Positions 25,853-37,259 are shown, counted from the stretch's first letter. The stretch: 64,000 nucleotides of DNA from Candidatus Omnitrophota bacterium (GCA_022705945.1 JAKJDL010000002.1:191150-255149); one strand, 5' to 3'. Notes: generated by a model not told the origin, from the sequence alone. Numbers and translations: made by a program.

Positions 25853-26950
25853 TTAGTAGTTCGCCCGATCGAACCGCAGGAAGGCGAATGTCGAAAAAAG
25901 TATATTCCCGCCCCATGCGCTCAGGAAAGGGAAGATCGCTCCGGATTTTCCAAGCGCCATGCTAACCGCTCCGAAGACGTGATAGGCGAAGATTAGTCCC
26001 GCGCATGTCAGAACATTGAATGCGATGGATTTCCGGGTGTGGATAGATGCCAGAAGCGGTATCGCGAGGAGCATCATCACCAGCCCTTTCCACGGTGACG
26101 CGAGCCGGTCATAAAGATCAACTTTTTCAGAATAGACCGCAATGCCGTTCTCTCTGAGTTTGTCGATTGTGTATTTCAATTCATGATAGGAAAGATAAAT
26201 GCTTTCGCTTGTTGCCATGATCAGATCGCGGGGAGTGACCTGCACGTCGGGATAACTTTTTTTCGTGATCATGACCGGGTTCCCGAATACCGCGCCCTGG
26301 ACATCAGTCTGATATTCCGTAATACCTTTAAATGTCCAGGAGCCGTTGCTAAAAGAACCTTCTTTGGCGAAGATTTTTTGAGTGGTCTGATTGGTTGTCG
26401 GATCCATCCAGAGGATGATGGCATCCTCGACGGTTTTAGCTTTTGGCATGAATTTCCGGAAATAGTAGAGAATATTGCCCCCGGAATAATACGTCACATT
26501 TTTCAGGACCTTCTTGTCTTCGGCCCCCTTTTTCTTCTCAATGTAGATTTCGAGGAGCTCGTTGGCGGTACGGAAGGTCGGGGGCACGATGCGGTCGCTG
26601 ACGAGGAATGTCAGGATGCCGATCAAAAGAGCGAGAAAGATCAAAGGGCGCACAATGGTTATGATCTTGAGTCCGGCGGCCTTCATGGCGATCAATTCGT
26701 TGTGGACGCCAAGATTGACCAGAAGGAAGATCGTTCCGAGCCAAACGGACCAGGAGATGGTCTGGCTGAACGCCATCGGGATCAGGCAGAGGTAATAGCG
26801 AAAGACCACCGGGATCGGGGTTTTATTCCTGAGAAGCTCGTCGAGATTATCGAAAAGATCGGCTACCAGAATAAGGAAAACAAGAGTAGCTGAGCAAAAA
26901 AGGATCGGGACGAGAAGTTCCCTTACAAGATAACGGTCCAGGACTTTCAA
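25853..26950 (-). CDS. LPS export ABC permease, LptF/LptG (YjgP/YjgQ) family
   Basis: MKVLDRYLVRELL... N-terminus, 6 TM helices, periplasmic beta-jellyroll insert; TTG start with an AAAGGGGG SD. Confidence 0.85.
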   Translation of the reverse strand: MKVLDRYLVRELLVPILFCSATLVFLILVADLFDNLDELLRNKTPIPVVFRYYLCLIPMAFSQTISWSVWLGTIFLLVNLGVHNELIAMKAAGLKIITIVRPLIFLALLIGILTFLVSDRIVPPTFRTANELLEIYIEKKKGAEDKKVLKNVTYYSGGNILYYFRKFMPKAKTVEDAIILWMDPTTNQTTQKIFAKEGSFSNGSWTFKGITEYQTDVQGAVFGNPVMITKKSYPDVQVTPRDLIMATSESIYLSYHELKYTIDKLRENGIAVYSEKVDLYDRLASPWKGLVMMLLAIPLLASIHTRKSIAFNVLTCAGLIFAYHVFGAVSMALGKSGAIFPFLSAWGGNILFSTFAFLRFDRANY

Positions 26951-27113
26951 GATGCCCCCTTTGGGTGTTTAGGTAAACGGAAGATACCTATATTATCCGC
27001 AGCGTCAGGTAATCTCAAACTATTTTTATGAAGTGCTCAATGGGCACAAGAAAGTAATTGTGAGTTTGATTCGCCGTCCCCGCCTTCGGCTGTTCGCTCA
27101 AATTCACAACTGC

Positions 27114-27869
27114 TTATGCCTTTCGCCTATCAGGAGAAGATGCGGTCTCTTTTTGGGACGGGTTGAGGTCCGATCGTCCGGTTCTGGCCAATGCCAAAAA
27201 GTCCACACGGAGAGCCCCCGCCGCCTTCAGGATTCGGGCAGCCTCATTGGCGGTGGATCCTGTCGTGAAAACATCGTTGAGTAAAAGAAGTTTTTTCCCT
27301 TTGACCTTGCGAGGAGCGCGAACCCTGAAAGCGCCGTAGGTATTGATGCTCCGCTCCCGGCGGCTGAGTGAGGTCTGGGAGTGGATCATGCGGGGTTTGA
27401 CCAGTATGTTTTTCAGGACAGGAAGTCTTGTGGATTTCCCGACCATGCGGGCCAGGGTTTCCGACTGGTTGAAATGACGGTGGAGCCGTTTTAGAGGATC
27501 GATCGGTATGGGAAGGACGGCATCGCAGGGGTATTCGGAGACAACGGCGAGGGCTAGTCTTGAAACGGAATCCTGAAAGATCTTCAGGAGATATTCTTTG
27601 CGGCTGTATTTGACGGCTCTTAATAATTCCTTGAGCGGGGACTCATAGGAATAAACAGCCCAGGTGTTTGACAGATGCTCAAGGGGAGCGGGATGATAAG
27701 CTTCCTCCCAGGGCCATTCGAGACGATCCAGTGTTTCTTTACAATTTTCGCAAAGCCGCATTTCGTTCAGCCGAAGTATTTTGCGGCAAACACCGCATGT
27801 TTCGGGATAAAAAATCCGTATGAGAGCTTCCTTGTAGCATGCAAATGTGGCCGGAGGGGGTTTTCTCAT
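27114..27869 (-). CDS. ComF-family protein (double zinc ribbon + phosphoribosyltransferase domain)
   Basis: CGVCRK...CENC, then LLLNDVFTTGSTANEAARIL PRTase motif. Confidence 0.8.
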   Translation of the reverse strand: MRKPPPATFACYKEALIRIFYPETCGVCRKILRLNEMRLCENCKETLDRLEWPWEEAYHPAPLEHLSNTWAVYSYESPLKELLRAVKYSRKEYLLKIFQDSVSRLALAVVSEYPCDAVLPIPIDPLKRLHRHFNQSETLARMVGKSTRLPVLKNILVKPRMIHSQTSLSRRERSINTYGAFRVRAPRKVKGKKLLLLNDVFTTGSTANEAARILKAAGALRVDFLALARTGRSDLNPSQKETASSPDRRKA

Positions 27870-28089
27870 GGATTAAATCGTATAATAATATTTATATTAA
27901 ATCAAATATATATTTAAGTTTAATTAAATATATGCAAGGGGGGAAGGTTTGAAAATTTCGGGATTCAATCCGTCCGACAGGGAACGATCTCGCCGTTGCA
28001 TTATCTTAATGGACAGGGGGAGGAGAGGATGGTGAAAAGCCCGGTTCCGGGTTCGGATTATTTTTCCCTTCGTGTTTTGAATGTCTGTA

Positions 28090-28097
28090 TGTATAAT
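28090..28097 (+). promoter_or_regulatory. TGTATAAT -10 element upstream of rpsU (about 145-nt leader)
   Basis: TATAAT at 28092-28097 with an adjacent TG; the leader contains a long-range CCGGATT/AATCCGG complement. Confidence 0.3.
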
Positions 28098-28242
28098 ACG
28101 CCGCTCAGTCCGGATTTTTCATGTGCTCGTGGAAAGTTCACCTACGGGGCCGATAAATTAAATCGTCATAGCGGTTTAATCCGGCTGTCGTGGTTGCCCT
28201 GAAAGCGGGCAAAACCAACCATCCAAGAAAGGGTGAGAACGC

Positions 28243-28419
28243 GTGTTAAAAGTCGATATCGGCGAACATGAACCTCTTGAAAAGGCCCTCAAGCGCTTGA
28301 AAAAGAAAATGGAGCGCGAAGGGATCCTGAAGCTTCTCAAGGCGCGCAAGCACTATGAGAAACCTTGCGAGAAGAGGCGCCGTAAAGCCCGCACTTCCAA
28401 ATCCCGCCGTCCATTCTAA
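28243..28419 (+). CDS. rpsU: 30S ribosomal protein S21
   Basis: VLKVDIGEHEPLEKALKRLKKKMEREGILKLLKARKHYEKPCEKRRRKARTSKSRR; GTG start after an AAGGGTGA RBS; 58 aa, so absent from the ORF track. Confidence 0.8.
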   Translation: MLKVDIGEHEPLEKALKRLKKKMEREGILKLLKARKHYEKPCEKRRRKARTSKSRRPF

Positions 28420-28565
28420 CCGGGGTTTTCTTGCCGGTACCTTCTCAGCGGAAAAAAACATGCGGGGCGTATTCCGTCTATGGAAATGACGGATTGCTTT
28501 TGATATCATTGCTTTTCCGGTCAGGTTATCTGAACGGAAGAAAGGGCGGAAACACTTAGAACCTT

Positions 28566-29822
28566 ATGGCATCGAAATTTCAGGGTTTCCCCGGGATGGA
28601 TGATATCCTTCCGGGAGAGATTGAGAAATGGCAATGGGTTGAGGAAAGAGCCCGTGCCTTTTTCGAAGCGGGCGGATTTAAAGAGATCCGGACTCCCATT
28701 CTGGAGCCTACCGAGCTTTTCGTCAGATCGATCGGGCAATCAAGCGATATTGTTCACAAGGAGATGTTTTCGTTCAAAGACCGCGGCGAACGCGATATGA
28801 CGATGCGGCCGGAAATGACGGCCTCGGTCGCCCGAGCGGTTATCGAACGGGGACTCCTGACCCAGGCGAAATCCCTTCGTCTTTATTATGTCGGCCCCAT
28901 GTTCCGCGCCGAACGCCCCCAGGCCGGCCGCAAGCGCCAGTTCCACCAGATCGGAGCCGAGATCATCAATGAAAACGAAGCGTCCGATTTTGACGCGATC
29001 GCGCTTGTCCATGGACTCCTTCATTACACGGGATTGAAAGAGTTTTCACTGAATCTGAACGATCTTGGCGATGAGGAGAGTCGGAAGAAAGTGAAAACGG
29101 CCCTGGCGGATTATTTTGAAAAAGAGAAAAACAGGCTTTGCAAGGATTGCCGGTGGCGGCTCGAAAAGAACGTGCTTCGCATTTTTGACTGTAAAATCGC
29201 CGAATGCCAGCCGGTGATCGAAAAAGCTCCCTGGGAACAATTTGCTCCCCTTGGCGCGAATTTCCGGAAGCTGACTGCCAAACTCGCGGATTACGGGATC
29301 CCCTGCAAGGTGAATCGGCGGCTTGTGCGGGGGCTCGATTATTACAACGGTGTTGTCTTCGAAATTACGGCAAGCGGTCTCGGGGCGCAGAATGCGGTTG
29401 CGGGCGGCGGACGATATGATAACCTTTATCAAGATCTCGGCGGTGCCGCTGTGCCCTGCACGGGGTTCAGTATCGGGTTTGAGAGATTGCTCACGGCGAT
29501 TCAGGCCCAGGATGAAAAGGCTTTTGAGGAGATCCGGACGAGGCGTGTTTACCTTGCGCCTCTTGAAGACTGCGCGGCGGTTCTGAATGTTGTCCGGGAA
29601 ACGGCGCTCCGGCTCCGGGAAAAGGGATTCCGGATCGAGATGTCTCCCGGTGTTTTTTCCCTGAGCCAGCATCTCAAAAAGGCCGACAAGCTCGGCGCGC
29701 GGTATGCCCTGATCGCGGGACTTGATGAAGTTTCCCGCGGTAAACTTGTCGTGAAGGATCTTGCAAAAAGAGAGCAGGCCGAGATCGAACCCGAAAAGAT
29801 CACTGCTTGTTTCGAACAGTGA
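28566..29822 (+). CDS. hisS: histidine--tRNA ligase
   Basis: Class II motifs and HisRS N-terminus (ILPGEIEKWQWVE, FRAERPQAGRKRQFHQIG, GGGRYDNL). Confidence 0.95.
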   Translation: MASKFQGFPGMDDILPGEIEKWQWVEERARAFFEAGGFKEIRTPILEPTELFVRSIGQSSDIVHKEMFSFKDRGERDMTMRPEMTASVARAVIERGLLTQAKSLRLYYVGPMFRAERPQAGRKRQFHQIGAEIINENEASDFDAIALVHGLLHYTGLKEFSLNLNDLGDEESRKKVKTALADYFEKEKNRLCKDCRWRLEKNVLRIFDCKIAECQPVIEKAPWEQFAPLGANFRKLTAKLADYGIPCKVNRRLVRGLDYYNGVVFEITASGLGAQNAVAGGGRYDNLYQDLGGAAVPCTGFSIGFERLLTAIQAQDEKAFEEIRTRRVYLAPLEDCAAVLNVVRETALRLREKGFRIEMSPGVFSLSQHLKKADKLGARYALIAGLDEVSRGKLVVKDLAKREQAEIEPEKITACFEQ

Positions 29823-29896
29823 GAACAGAAGTGCCCCCCTCGCGCGTTTGGTGGAGGAGCGGCCCTGTCATGAACTAAAGAATAGGTGATGCATTT

Positions 29897-31684
29897 ATGT
29901 TGCGGACAGTAACCTGCGGTGAACTTAACAGAGAGTTTAAAGGCAAGACGGAAACGCTGACCGGATGGGTGGATACGCGCCGTGATCATGGCAATTTGAT
30001 CTTCGTGGATCTCCGAGATCGGTGGGGTGTCACCCAGGTTGTTTTCAACCCCCAGACGAACGCCTCCATGCACAAGATTGCGGAAACCCTTCGCTCGGAA
30101 TTTGTAATCCTCGTAAGAGGTACGGTTCAGGAACGTCCCGCGGGGACCGTGAATGCGAAGATCCCGACGGGAGAGATCGAGCTTCAGGCCGAGTCACTCG
30201 AGATATTGAACACCTGCCAGCCGCTGCCGTTTGAACTGGGTGAGAAAAATGTCGGAGAGGAACTCCGGCTGCAATATCGTTTCCTTGATCTGCGTCGCCG
30301 CGACATGGTGGAAAGTCTGACGCTCCGGCACCGTGTCATGAAGCTTGTGCACGAATACCTCGACAAACAGCGTTTTATTGAAGTTGAGACGCCGTATTTA
30401 ACCAAAAGCACCCCCGAGGGCGCGCGCGACTTTTTGGTTCCTTCGCGGCTGAATCACGGAACCTTTTACGCGCTTCCTCAATCCCCGCAGCTTTTTAAAC
30501 AGATCCTGATGGTATCCGGTTACGACCGCTATTATCAGTTTGCCCGCTGTTTCCGGGATGAGGACCTTCGAAAAGATCGCCAGCCCGAACACACACAGAT
30601 CGATCTTGAAATGTCTTTTATCACAGAGGAAGACATTATGGGCGTCGTTGAAGGTATGGTCGTGCATGTTTTTAAGCATACCCAAAATATCGCGATCAAG
30701 CTTCCGCTTCGCCGCATGAGCTACCGAGAGGCGATGGAAAAATACGGCTCTGATAAGCCGGATCTCCGCTACGCGATGGAGATGAAAGACCTTTCGTCGG
30801 TGTTTGAAGCAAGCGGTTTCAAGGTGTTCGATGAAGTTCTTGCCCAAAAAGGGTCGATCCGGGGACTTTGCTTCACGCCCCCCGCCGGGACGGAATTTTC
30901 CCGCAAGGATTTTGACGATCTTACCCAGTGGATCAAGACTTACGGCGCCAAAGGCCTTGCCTGGTTCAAGGTGACGGGGCCGGATACGGTCGAGTCGCCG
31001 ATCCAGAAATTCTTTGACGGAGCCCGGATCCGGAAGGTGACGGAAACGATGGAGGCGAAAGCCGGCGACATCATTTTTCTTGTGGCGGATCAGTTCAGGA
31101 TCGCCTGTGTGGCGCTTGGGGCGCTCCGTTGTTTCCTCGCTGAGAAATACGGCATGATCCCGGAAGGGAAATTTGAACTTCTCTGGGTCGTTGATTTTCC
31201 TCTTTTCGAATGGAATGAAGAGGAGAAACGCTGTGACGCATGCCATCATCCGTTCACGTCCCCCAAACCCGAAGATATCCCGCTTTTGGATACCGAACCT
31301 TTAAAAGCGAGGGCCCGGGCTTACGATATCATATGTAACGGAACCGAAATGGGCGGCGGCAGCATCCGCATCCATGACAGGAATGTCCAGACGAAGATGT
31401 TTGAGCTTTTACAGCTGACCCCGGAACAAGCGGAGGCTCAATTTGGCTTCCTCTTAAAAGCCCTAGCGTTTGGCGCGCCTCCGCACGGCGGCCTCGCGAT
31501 CGGACTGGACCGTTTTATTACGCTTCTGCTTGCGAGGGATTCGATCCGGGAAGTGATCGCTTTCCCGAAGACCCAGAAAGGGACATGTCTTATGACTGAT
31601 GCTCCGTCTCCCGCGACCGAACGCCAGCTTAAGGAACTCGGTCTTGACGCGAAACGGATGTGGATCGGGCAGGGGAATAAATAA
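29897..31684 (+). CDS. aspS: aspartate--tRNA ligase
   Basis: OB-fold N-terminus (GWVDTRRDHGNLIFVDLRDRWG), QSPQLFKQ, FRDEDLRKDRQPEHTQID and GGGSIRIHD motifs; 595 aa bacterial type. Confidence 0.95.
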   Translation: MLRTVTCGELNREFKGKTETLTGWVDTRRDHGNLIFVDLRDRWGVTQVVFNPQTNASMHKIAETLRSEFVILVRGTVQERPAGTVNAKIPTGEIELQAESLEILNTCQPLPFELGEKNVGEELRLQYRFLDLRRRDMVESLTLRHRVMKLVHEYLDKQRFIEVETPYLTKSTPEGARDFLVPSRLNHGTFYALPQSPQLFKQILMVSGYDRYYQFARCFRDEDLRKDRQPEHTQIDLEMSFITEEDIMGVVEGMVVHVFKHTQNIAIKLPLRRMSYREAMEKYGSDKPDLRYAMEMKDLSSVFEASGFKVFDEVLAQKGSIRGLCFTPPAGTEFSRKDFDDLTQWIKTYGAKGLAWFKVTGPDTVESPIQKFFDGARIRKVTETMEAKAGDIIFLVADQFRIACVALGALRCFLAEKYGMIPEGKFELLWVVDFPLFEWNEEEKRCDACHHPFTSPKPEDIPLLDTEPLKARARAYDIICNGTEMGGGSIRIHDRNVQTKMFELLQLTPEQAEAQFGFLLKALAFGAPPHGGLAIGLDRFITLLLARDSIREVIAFPKTQKGTCLMTDAPSPATERQLKELGLDAKRMWIGQGNK

Positions 31685-31749
31685 GACATCGTCCGGGATT
31701 CCGGAGATAAAGGTTTTTACCATTTTAAACCAACGAAAGGATTCAGACT

Positions 31750-32706
31750 TTGCAAAAAATCATCAAGCTCCACTCGAATGCCGAAGCGGCCGCGCTTTAC
31801 GGGAATCTGGATCAGAATATCCGGCAGGCGGAAAAGGATTACAGGGTCCGCCTGATAGCGAAAAATGACCGTTTAAAGATATCAGGCGATAAAAAGGACG
31901 TTGAAAATGCTTATGACCATTTCATGAGGCTTCTTGAGGCGAATCGCAAGGGGGGACGGGGTTCTGACCGGCGCGTGTCCGACGATCCCGTGATAAAGGA
32001 AGCCAAAACGGAGACACCCGCGAAAGGCGTGATTCATTTTTTTCACAGAGGCAAAGTGGTTCAGGCGAAAAGCGAGAATCAGCTCGCGTACCTGCGTGCG
32101 ATCCAGTCCAAGGACATCGTGATCTCGATCGGCCCCGCCGGTACCGGGAAGACCTATTTAGCGATGGCGGCCGCGGTCGAGGCCCTGAAGAAGAAATATG
32201 TGGGCCGAATCATCCTGACGCGTCCCGCGGTTGAAGCGGGTGAAAGTCTCGGGTTTCTTCCGGGGGATCTTGCGGCCAAGGTGAATCCTTATCTGAGGCC
32301 CTTGTATGACGCGCTCTATGATATGCTCGAATATGAGGAAGTTGCCCGCTACACCGAACGCGGTGCGATTGAGATTGCTCCGATTGCCTATATGCGCGGA
32401 CGCACCCTAAATGATTCTTTCGTGATCCTTGATGAAGCCCAGAACTGCACGCATAATCAGATGAAGATGTTCCTGACGCGTATGGGACAGACCTCCAAGG
32501 TTGTGATCACCGGGGATATCACGCAGGTCGATCTTCCGGCCGGAAAGAAGTCGGGACTGATCGAGATCCGGCAGATACTTTCGGACATTCCGGATATCCA
32601 GTTCATTTATCTGAACGAGACCGATGTGGTTCGTCATCCTCTGGTGCAGCAGATCATCAAAGCTTATGAAAAACATGAACGCCGGAAAACGCATGCCGAG
32701 TCCTGA
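31750..32706 (+). CDS. phoH: PhoH-like ATPase
   Basis: Walker [20 protein letters not shown]; conserved phoH-yqfF-ybeY context. Confidence 0.9.
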   Translation: MQKIIKLHSNAEAAALYGNLDQNIRQAEKDYRVRLIAKNDRLKISGDKKDVENAYDHFMRLLEANRKGGRGSDRRVSDDPVIKEAKTETPAKGVIHFFHRGKVVQAKSENQLAYLRAIQSKDIVISIGPAGTGKTYLAMAAAVEALKKKYVGRIILTRPAVEAGESLGFLPGDLAAKVNPYLRPLYDALYDMLEYEEVARYTERGAIEIAPIAYMRGRTLNDSFVILDEAQNCTHNQMKMFLTRMGQTSKVVITGDITQVDLPAGKKSGLIEIRQILSDIPDIQFIYLNETDVVRHPLVQQIIKAYEKHERRKTHAES

Positions 32707-34912
32707 CAAGGCCGCCCGCACAAAGGCCACCGGGAAACTGATCCCGTCCGGGATCTTTGCCGTCGGAGCGGTTCTTGCCTGTTTGCTTCTTTTCTGGAAC
32801 CGTCCCTGGACATTGGAGCAACAGGAATTCCTGCTGGGAGAACCCTCCCTCCGATCTTATTTTGCACCCTTGTCGTTTACTTTTGTGGACGAAAAGAGGA
32901 CCGAATCGGTTCGAGCCGAAAAATTAAAAGAACTTCCGCCGGCCTATCGCATTGATCCCGCAGTCACCGCGGAGATCCGAGAACTGCACGACCGGTTTTG
33001 GAGGGTTTTGATTGAGGTCCAGGAGGAAAAACGAAAGACGGGAGAAACGCGCTGGAAGGAGCTTCCGATTCCATTGCCGACAGGTGCTTTGGACACATTG
33101 CTTTCCTCGGAGAATCTTCCGGAGTTTCGATCGCAGACAGCCGCTATCCTTGATGCGCACTTATCCCTTGGGATCTGGGATCATGCTTTGAGGCAAAGAT
33201 TTATGAATTCGAACAACGCATGGGTTTTGATCACGAATGAGGACGGGCGCGAAGAGAGGCGGGTTGCTCCCCAGGGGCTCTTGACGGTTGATGAGGCTCT
33301 CCGGAATATTTCGGGAATGCTTCCCCCGGAAATCGATCGAAAAAAACAATTCCGCTCCGCGGTTCTCCAGGTCTTTGAAAATGTCGTAAAAACCAATGTC
33401 GTGGCGGATGATGAAAAGGTCCTGGAGCTTCGGAAAAAGGCCCTGCTTTCTGTTCTTCCGGTCGAAATCACCGTCAAAAAGAACGAATTGATAGTCCAAA
33501 AGGGGATGCTTGTTACGGAAAAGATCAAGGGAGTGCTTGATCATATTCATCAGCGGCTTGCGGCCCGGAAACAGCAAATCCAGATTGTAATGGGGGTCCT
33601 TTTGATCACGCTCCTTTATCTTTTCTCCGCGCTTTATCTCGCCGCTTTCGAGCCCGGAACATTCTATGACCGGGACAGGCTCCTTCTCTTTCAGGCGGTT
33701 CTTCTGATCGGTCTCGGACTTTCGAAACTTGTTACGGTTCTGCCCGATGTCTCGATCTACCTGATGCCTACGGCTCTGATTTCGCTGCTGCTGACCCTGC
33801 TTTTTCACAACCGGATCGGAATCCTTGGCGGTGTCATAATGACTGTGATGAGCGGGTTTCTTTCGGGTTTTCGAATCGATATTATGCTGGCAACGCTTTT
33901 TGCATCCCTCGCTTCAACCATTCTTGCCCACCGCGTTCTTAAGAGAAGCCACTTTCTGAGGATCGGATTGGGAATTGGGGCAGCTTATTTTTTGGTGATT
34001 ACAAGTTATCAGATCGCTCAAAATCTCCCGTGGCGCGAGGCGGTTCAGTTTGGATTTCTCGGATTTTTGAACGCGCTTTTCACGGCCGTTGCAAGCTACT
34101 TGGTGCTTCCTGTTCTGGAACATTTTTTTGATGCGATTACGGATGTAACGCTCCTCGAGTTGTCCGACCTGAACCATCCGCTGATGCGGAGGATGATGGT
34201 TGAAGCGCCCGGCACCTATCACCACAGCCTGATGGTCAGCTCCCTTGCGGAAAATGCGTGCGAACGGATCGGGGCTCATGCGCTCCGAGCCAAGGTCGGA
34301 TGCTACTTTCATGATATCGGGAAACTCGAAAAACCAGAATATTTCACCGAAAACCAAGGACACCTTTACGCAAATTGTCACGAAAACCTTTCTCCCCGGG
34401 TGAGTTTTGAGACTATCGTGAACCATGTCCGCGACGGTGTGCGGATCGCAAAAAAATACAAATTGCGTCGGGCCATTACGGATTTTATACGCGAACATCA
34501 GGGGACCGGTGTCATTTATTATTTTTTCAAAAAGGCCACGGATATGGCGGCTCCCAAGGAACAGGTGCGGGTTGATGATTTCCGTTATCCCGGCCCCAAA
34601 CCCCAGAGCCGTGAAACGGCCGTGGCGTTGCTGGCGGATTCGACCGAGGCAGCATGCCGCGCGCTGAAAGATCCGACGCCTGATTCAATCCAGCAGCTCG
34701 TTCGGAAAGTCATCAACGATAAATTTATTGACGGACAGCTCGATGAGTGCGAACTGACTCTCCAGGATCTTCACAAGATTCAGGCGAGTTTTTTCGGGAA
34801 TTTGACCGCCATGTTTCACACGAGACTGAAATATCCGACGGTCGAACGCCCCGCGATGGAGCCGGATATTTTTGGGAAAAACCAGTTTCATAAATTCAGG
34901 GCGGACGAGTAG
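32666..34912 (+). CDS. 7TM receptor with intracellular HD hydrolase (PgpH/YqfF-type, c-di-AMP phosphodiesterase family)
   Basis: Extracellular domain, 7 TM helices, HD domain (HHSLMVS...HDIGK); start uncertain (32624, 32666 or 32693) and overlaps the phoH 3' end. Confidence 0.8.
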   Translation: MKNMNAGKRMPSPDKAARTKATGKLIPSGIFAVGAVLACLLLFWNRPWTLEQQEFLLGEPSLRSYFAPLSFTFVDEKRTESVRAEKLKELPPAYRIDPAVTAEIRELHDRFWRVLIEVQEEKRKTGETRWKELPIPLPTGALDTLLSSENLPEFRSQTAAILDAHLSLGIWDHALRQRFMNSNNAWVLITNEDGREERRVAPQGLLTVDEALRNISGMLPPEIDRKKQFRSAVLQVFENVVKTNVVADDEKVLELRKKALLSVLPVEITVKKNELIVQKGMLVTEKIKGVLDHIHQRLAARKQQIQIVMGVLLITLLYLFSALYLAAFEPGTFYDRDRLLLFQAVLLIGLGLSKLVTVLPDVSIYLMPTALISLLLTLLFHNRIGILGGVIMTVMSGFLSGFRIDIMLATLFASLASTILAHRVLKRSHFLRIGLGIGAAYFLVITSYQIAQNLPWREAVQFGFLGFLNALFTAVASYLVLPVLEHFFDAITDVTLLELSDLNHPLMRRMMVEAPGTYHHSLMVSSLAENACERIGAHALRAKVGCYFHDIGKLEKPEYFTENQGHLYANCHENLSPRVSFETIVNHVRDGVRIAKKYKLRRAITDFIREHQGTGVIYYFFKKATDMAAPKEQVRVDDFRYPGPKPQSRETAVALLADSTEAACRALKDPTPDSIQQLVRKVINDKFIDGQLDECELTLQDLHKIQASFFGNLTAMFHTRLKYPTVERPAMEPDIFGKNQFHKFRADE

Positions 34913-34915
34913 AAA

Positions 34916-35443
34916 ATGCCCGGCGCCCGGGAACTTCATCGGGGTTTCGAAATTAACATTCTGAACGAATGCTCCCGGGAAGTTTCGGAAACAAGACTTG
35001 TGAAAGTTGCCGGTCAGATCCTTCGTGACCTTGGGTTCAAGAAAGCTGTTTTGAGCATACTCCTTGTGGGAGACAGGAAGATGCGTGAATTGAACCGCAA
35101 ATACCTGAAACACGCGTGGTCCACGGATGTGCTCGCGTTCGCGGAAGGCAAGATTATCAAGGCCGCGAAGCTCCGGAAAGCGACGCGCAAGGTTCCGTCT
35201 CTCCGGTATTCGGCAGGCGCTGCTCCGGATTTTCTTGGCGATATCGCACTTTGTATCCCTACCATTGAGGGGCAGGCGGAAGAATACGGCCATACTTTTC
35301 TGGAAGAGTTGGACTATTGCCTGTGTCACGGCATCTTGCATCTTCTGGGTCACGATGACAAGACCCGTTCGGGGCACAAACAGATGCATCAAAAGCAGAA
35401 ACAGATTCTGAAGCATATCCTTCCGTCCCGCTCCGGGACATGA
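34916..35443 (+). CDS. ybeY: rRNA maturation endoribonuclease YbeY
   Basis: HGILHLLGHDD zinc-binding motif. Confidence 0.85.
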   Translation: MPGARELHRGFEINILNECSREVSETRLVKVAGQILRDLGFKKAVLSILLVGDRKMRELNRKYLKHAWSTDVLAFAEGKIIKAAKLRKATRKVPSLRYSAGAAPDFLGDIALCIPTIEGQAEEYGHTFLEELDYCLCHGILHLLGHDDKTRSGHKQMHQKQKQILKHILPSRSGT

Positions 35444-35450
35444 GAATTCC

Positions 35451-36212
35451 ATGAGTATTCACAAGGTCGAAGGGATCATTCTGAGGAACCAGCCCTTCCG
35501 CTCGAGCTCTCTGATCGTTACCTTTTTTACCCGCGAAGCCGGCAAGATCCGGGGGGTGGCCAAGGGGGTTCACCGGGAAAGGGAGAACCGTCAGGCCGGC
35601 TTTGAGATTTTCACCCTGGCCGAGTTCATTTTTTATGAAAAAAAACGATCCGATCTGCATCTGATATCGGATGCGACGATCCTGGAGAGCAATGATGTGC
35701 TTCGCGTTCGTTTGGAAAGTATTGCCTACGGCAGTTATTTCTGCGAACTTGTAGATGAGTTGACCGAAGTTCAGGACCCGCATCCCCGCATTTTCGATTT
35801 CTTGCAAACGGCACTCAAATACTTGCCCGTGATCTCCCCTGAAAGGCTCACGCTCATTTTCACGGTAAAGCTTCTCGGAGAGATGGGATGGATTCCTTAT
35901 ACGGACGGGTGCGTTTTCTGTGACGCAAAACCGCTGGAAAGAGGGTATTTTTCGATAAAACAGGGCGCCCTGCTTTGTGACGGTTGCCGGAGCAAGGATC
36001 AAGGCGCGCCGGCCATCAGCCCGGCGTGCCTGGAATTGATCCGGATGTATTCCCGGCAGGAGATGGCATCCTGTCTGGAGCGAGCGAGTTCCATCCATGC
36101 TGTTAACGAATTACAGCGTCTTCTTACCCAGTTCCTGAATTACCGTCTCGGAAAAATCCTCCGATCCCGGCGATTTCTTGAATCCGTTCGTCCCTCCCTC
36201 CGCAATACTTAA
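35451..36212 (+). CDS. recO: DNA repair protein RecO
   Basis: N-terminal OB fold (VEGIILRNQPFRSSSLIVTFFTREAGKIRGVAKG) and C-terminal CxxC...CxxC zinc motif. Confidence 0.85.
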   Translation: MSIHKVEGIILRNQPFRSSSLIVTFFTREAGKIRGVAKGVHRERENRQAGFEIFTLAEFIFYEKKRSDLHLISDATILESNDVLRVRLESIAYGSYFCELVDELTEVQDPHPRIFDFLQTALKYLPVISPERLTLIFTVKLLGEMGWIPYTDGCVFCDAKPLERGYFSIKQGALLCDGCRSKDQGAPAISPACLELIRMYSRQEMASCLERASSIHAVNELQRLLTQFLNYRLGKILRSRRFLESVRPSLRNT

Positions 36213-36359
36213 ATCCACATATAAAGCTGTAACAATATATCAATAAACAACTTACGGTTTTTATCTATTGAAAATTTGACAGATTAATAATGCCATGATA
36301 AGTTTTATTTAGAGCAGAAAAGCATATATTAAATAGTAGTTGTTATATAATGATCAATT

Positions 36360-37151
36360 ATGAAAGATAATCCAATGGGTCAAAAAACTATGGGTGGATT
36401 TCTTTTTTTCCAGCTCAGCAATGAGGAACGCGAATCTGCGATTCGCTACCTGCTGGAAGCAATCCTGAAGGTCCGTGACAGCGATCCCGAACTTGCTCGG
36501 GGGAATTTCTTTGACGAGGATGTGAACGTTTATCTCGCGCATCTTCTTTTCGCCATGTCACTGCCCGAATATCACGATATGGCGGACCCTTTTTTGTCCA
36601 GCGAACCCAAAGAGATCACGGAATGGGTCAAACAGACGGATGATCCGATGCTGCGATATTTCATTTACAAGGTGAATGCCGATCACAGGCTGGTCCATTC
36701 AACGATTTTTTCGGATCGCCCGGCAGCTGAAATAAAAAGAATTATTTTTCGCAGAGAAGAGAACGGGGAGAGCCGACTTGCGGTCGCCTATTATGATCAT
36801 GCGTCCCGATACCATAAAGGGATATATCATAAGCGGACAGGCGTTGGTGAGGTTTTGGACAAGATCGCCGCAAGGTTTGATGTGTATAGCCGCGTTCTTT
36901 TCAGGATCCGGGAAGATTATTTTCAGTTTGTTGACTGTTTTCGGGAACAGGCTTTCCGCCATTTCTTTTTGAAGTTGGAACGGTATGAAAAGGAGTCCCG
37001 CAAGGATTTGACGCTCGACCGTTTTTTGGAGGCCTACCAGAAATGGCTTAGTCTACGGACGCCCGAGGCCAGGCGGGAAACATTGGCTTTGGCCGGGGAA
37101 CTTGCCGAGATTGACCCGAACTTCCGCTTCGACCCTTCCAAGCTAGGCTGA
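36360..37151 (+). CDS. hypothetical protein (263 aa, helical, no recognisable family)
   Basis: Long ORF with window-typical codon usage after an AT-rich 5' end; TATAAT 8 nt upstream of the ATG (leaderless candidate). Confidence 0.5.
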   Translation: MKDNPMGQKTMGGFLFFQLSNEERESAIRYLLEAILKVRDSDPELARGNFFDEDVNVYLAHLLFAMSLPEYHDMADPFLSSEPKEITEWVKQTDDPMLRYFIYKVNADHRLVHSTIFSDRPAAEIKRIIFRREENGESRLAVAYYDHASRYHKGIYHKRTGVGEVLDKIAARFDVYSRVLFRIREDYFQFVDCFREQAFRHFFLKLERYEKESRKDLTLDRFLEAYQKWLSLRTPEARRETLALAGELAEIDPNFRFDPSKLG

Positions 37152-37259
37152 GTTTTTCCGCATTTTCCGTGCAATCATTCCGGTTTTCAGAAGCTGCCTT
37201 GATCCCTTGTTTCTGAAAACTCGGGGGAGTGGATGCTTATTTTCAAGCGTCCCTAAGTT

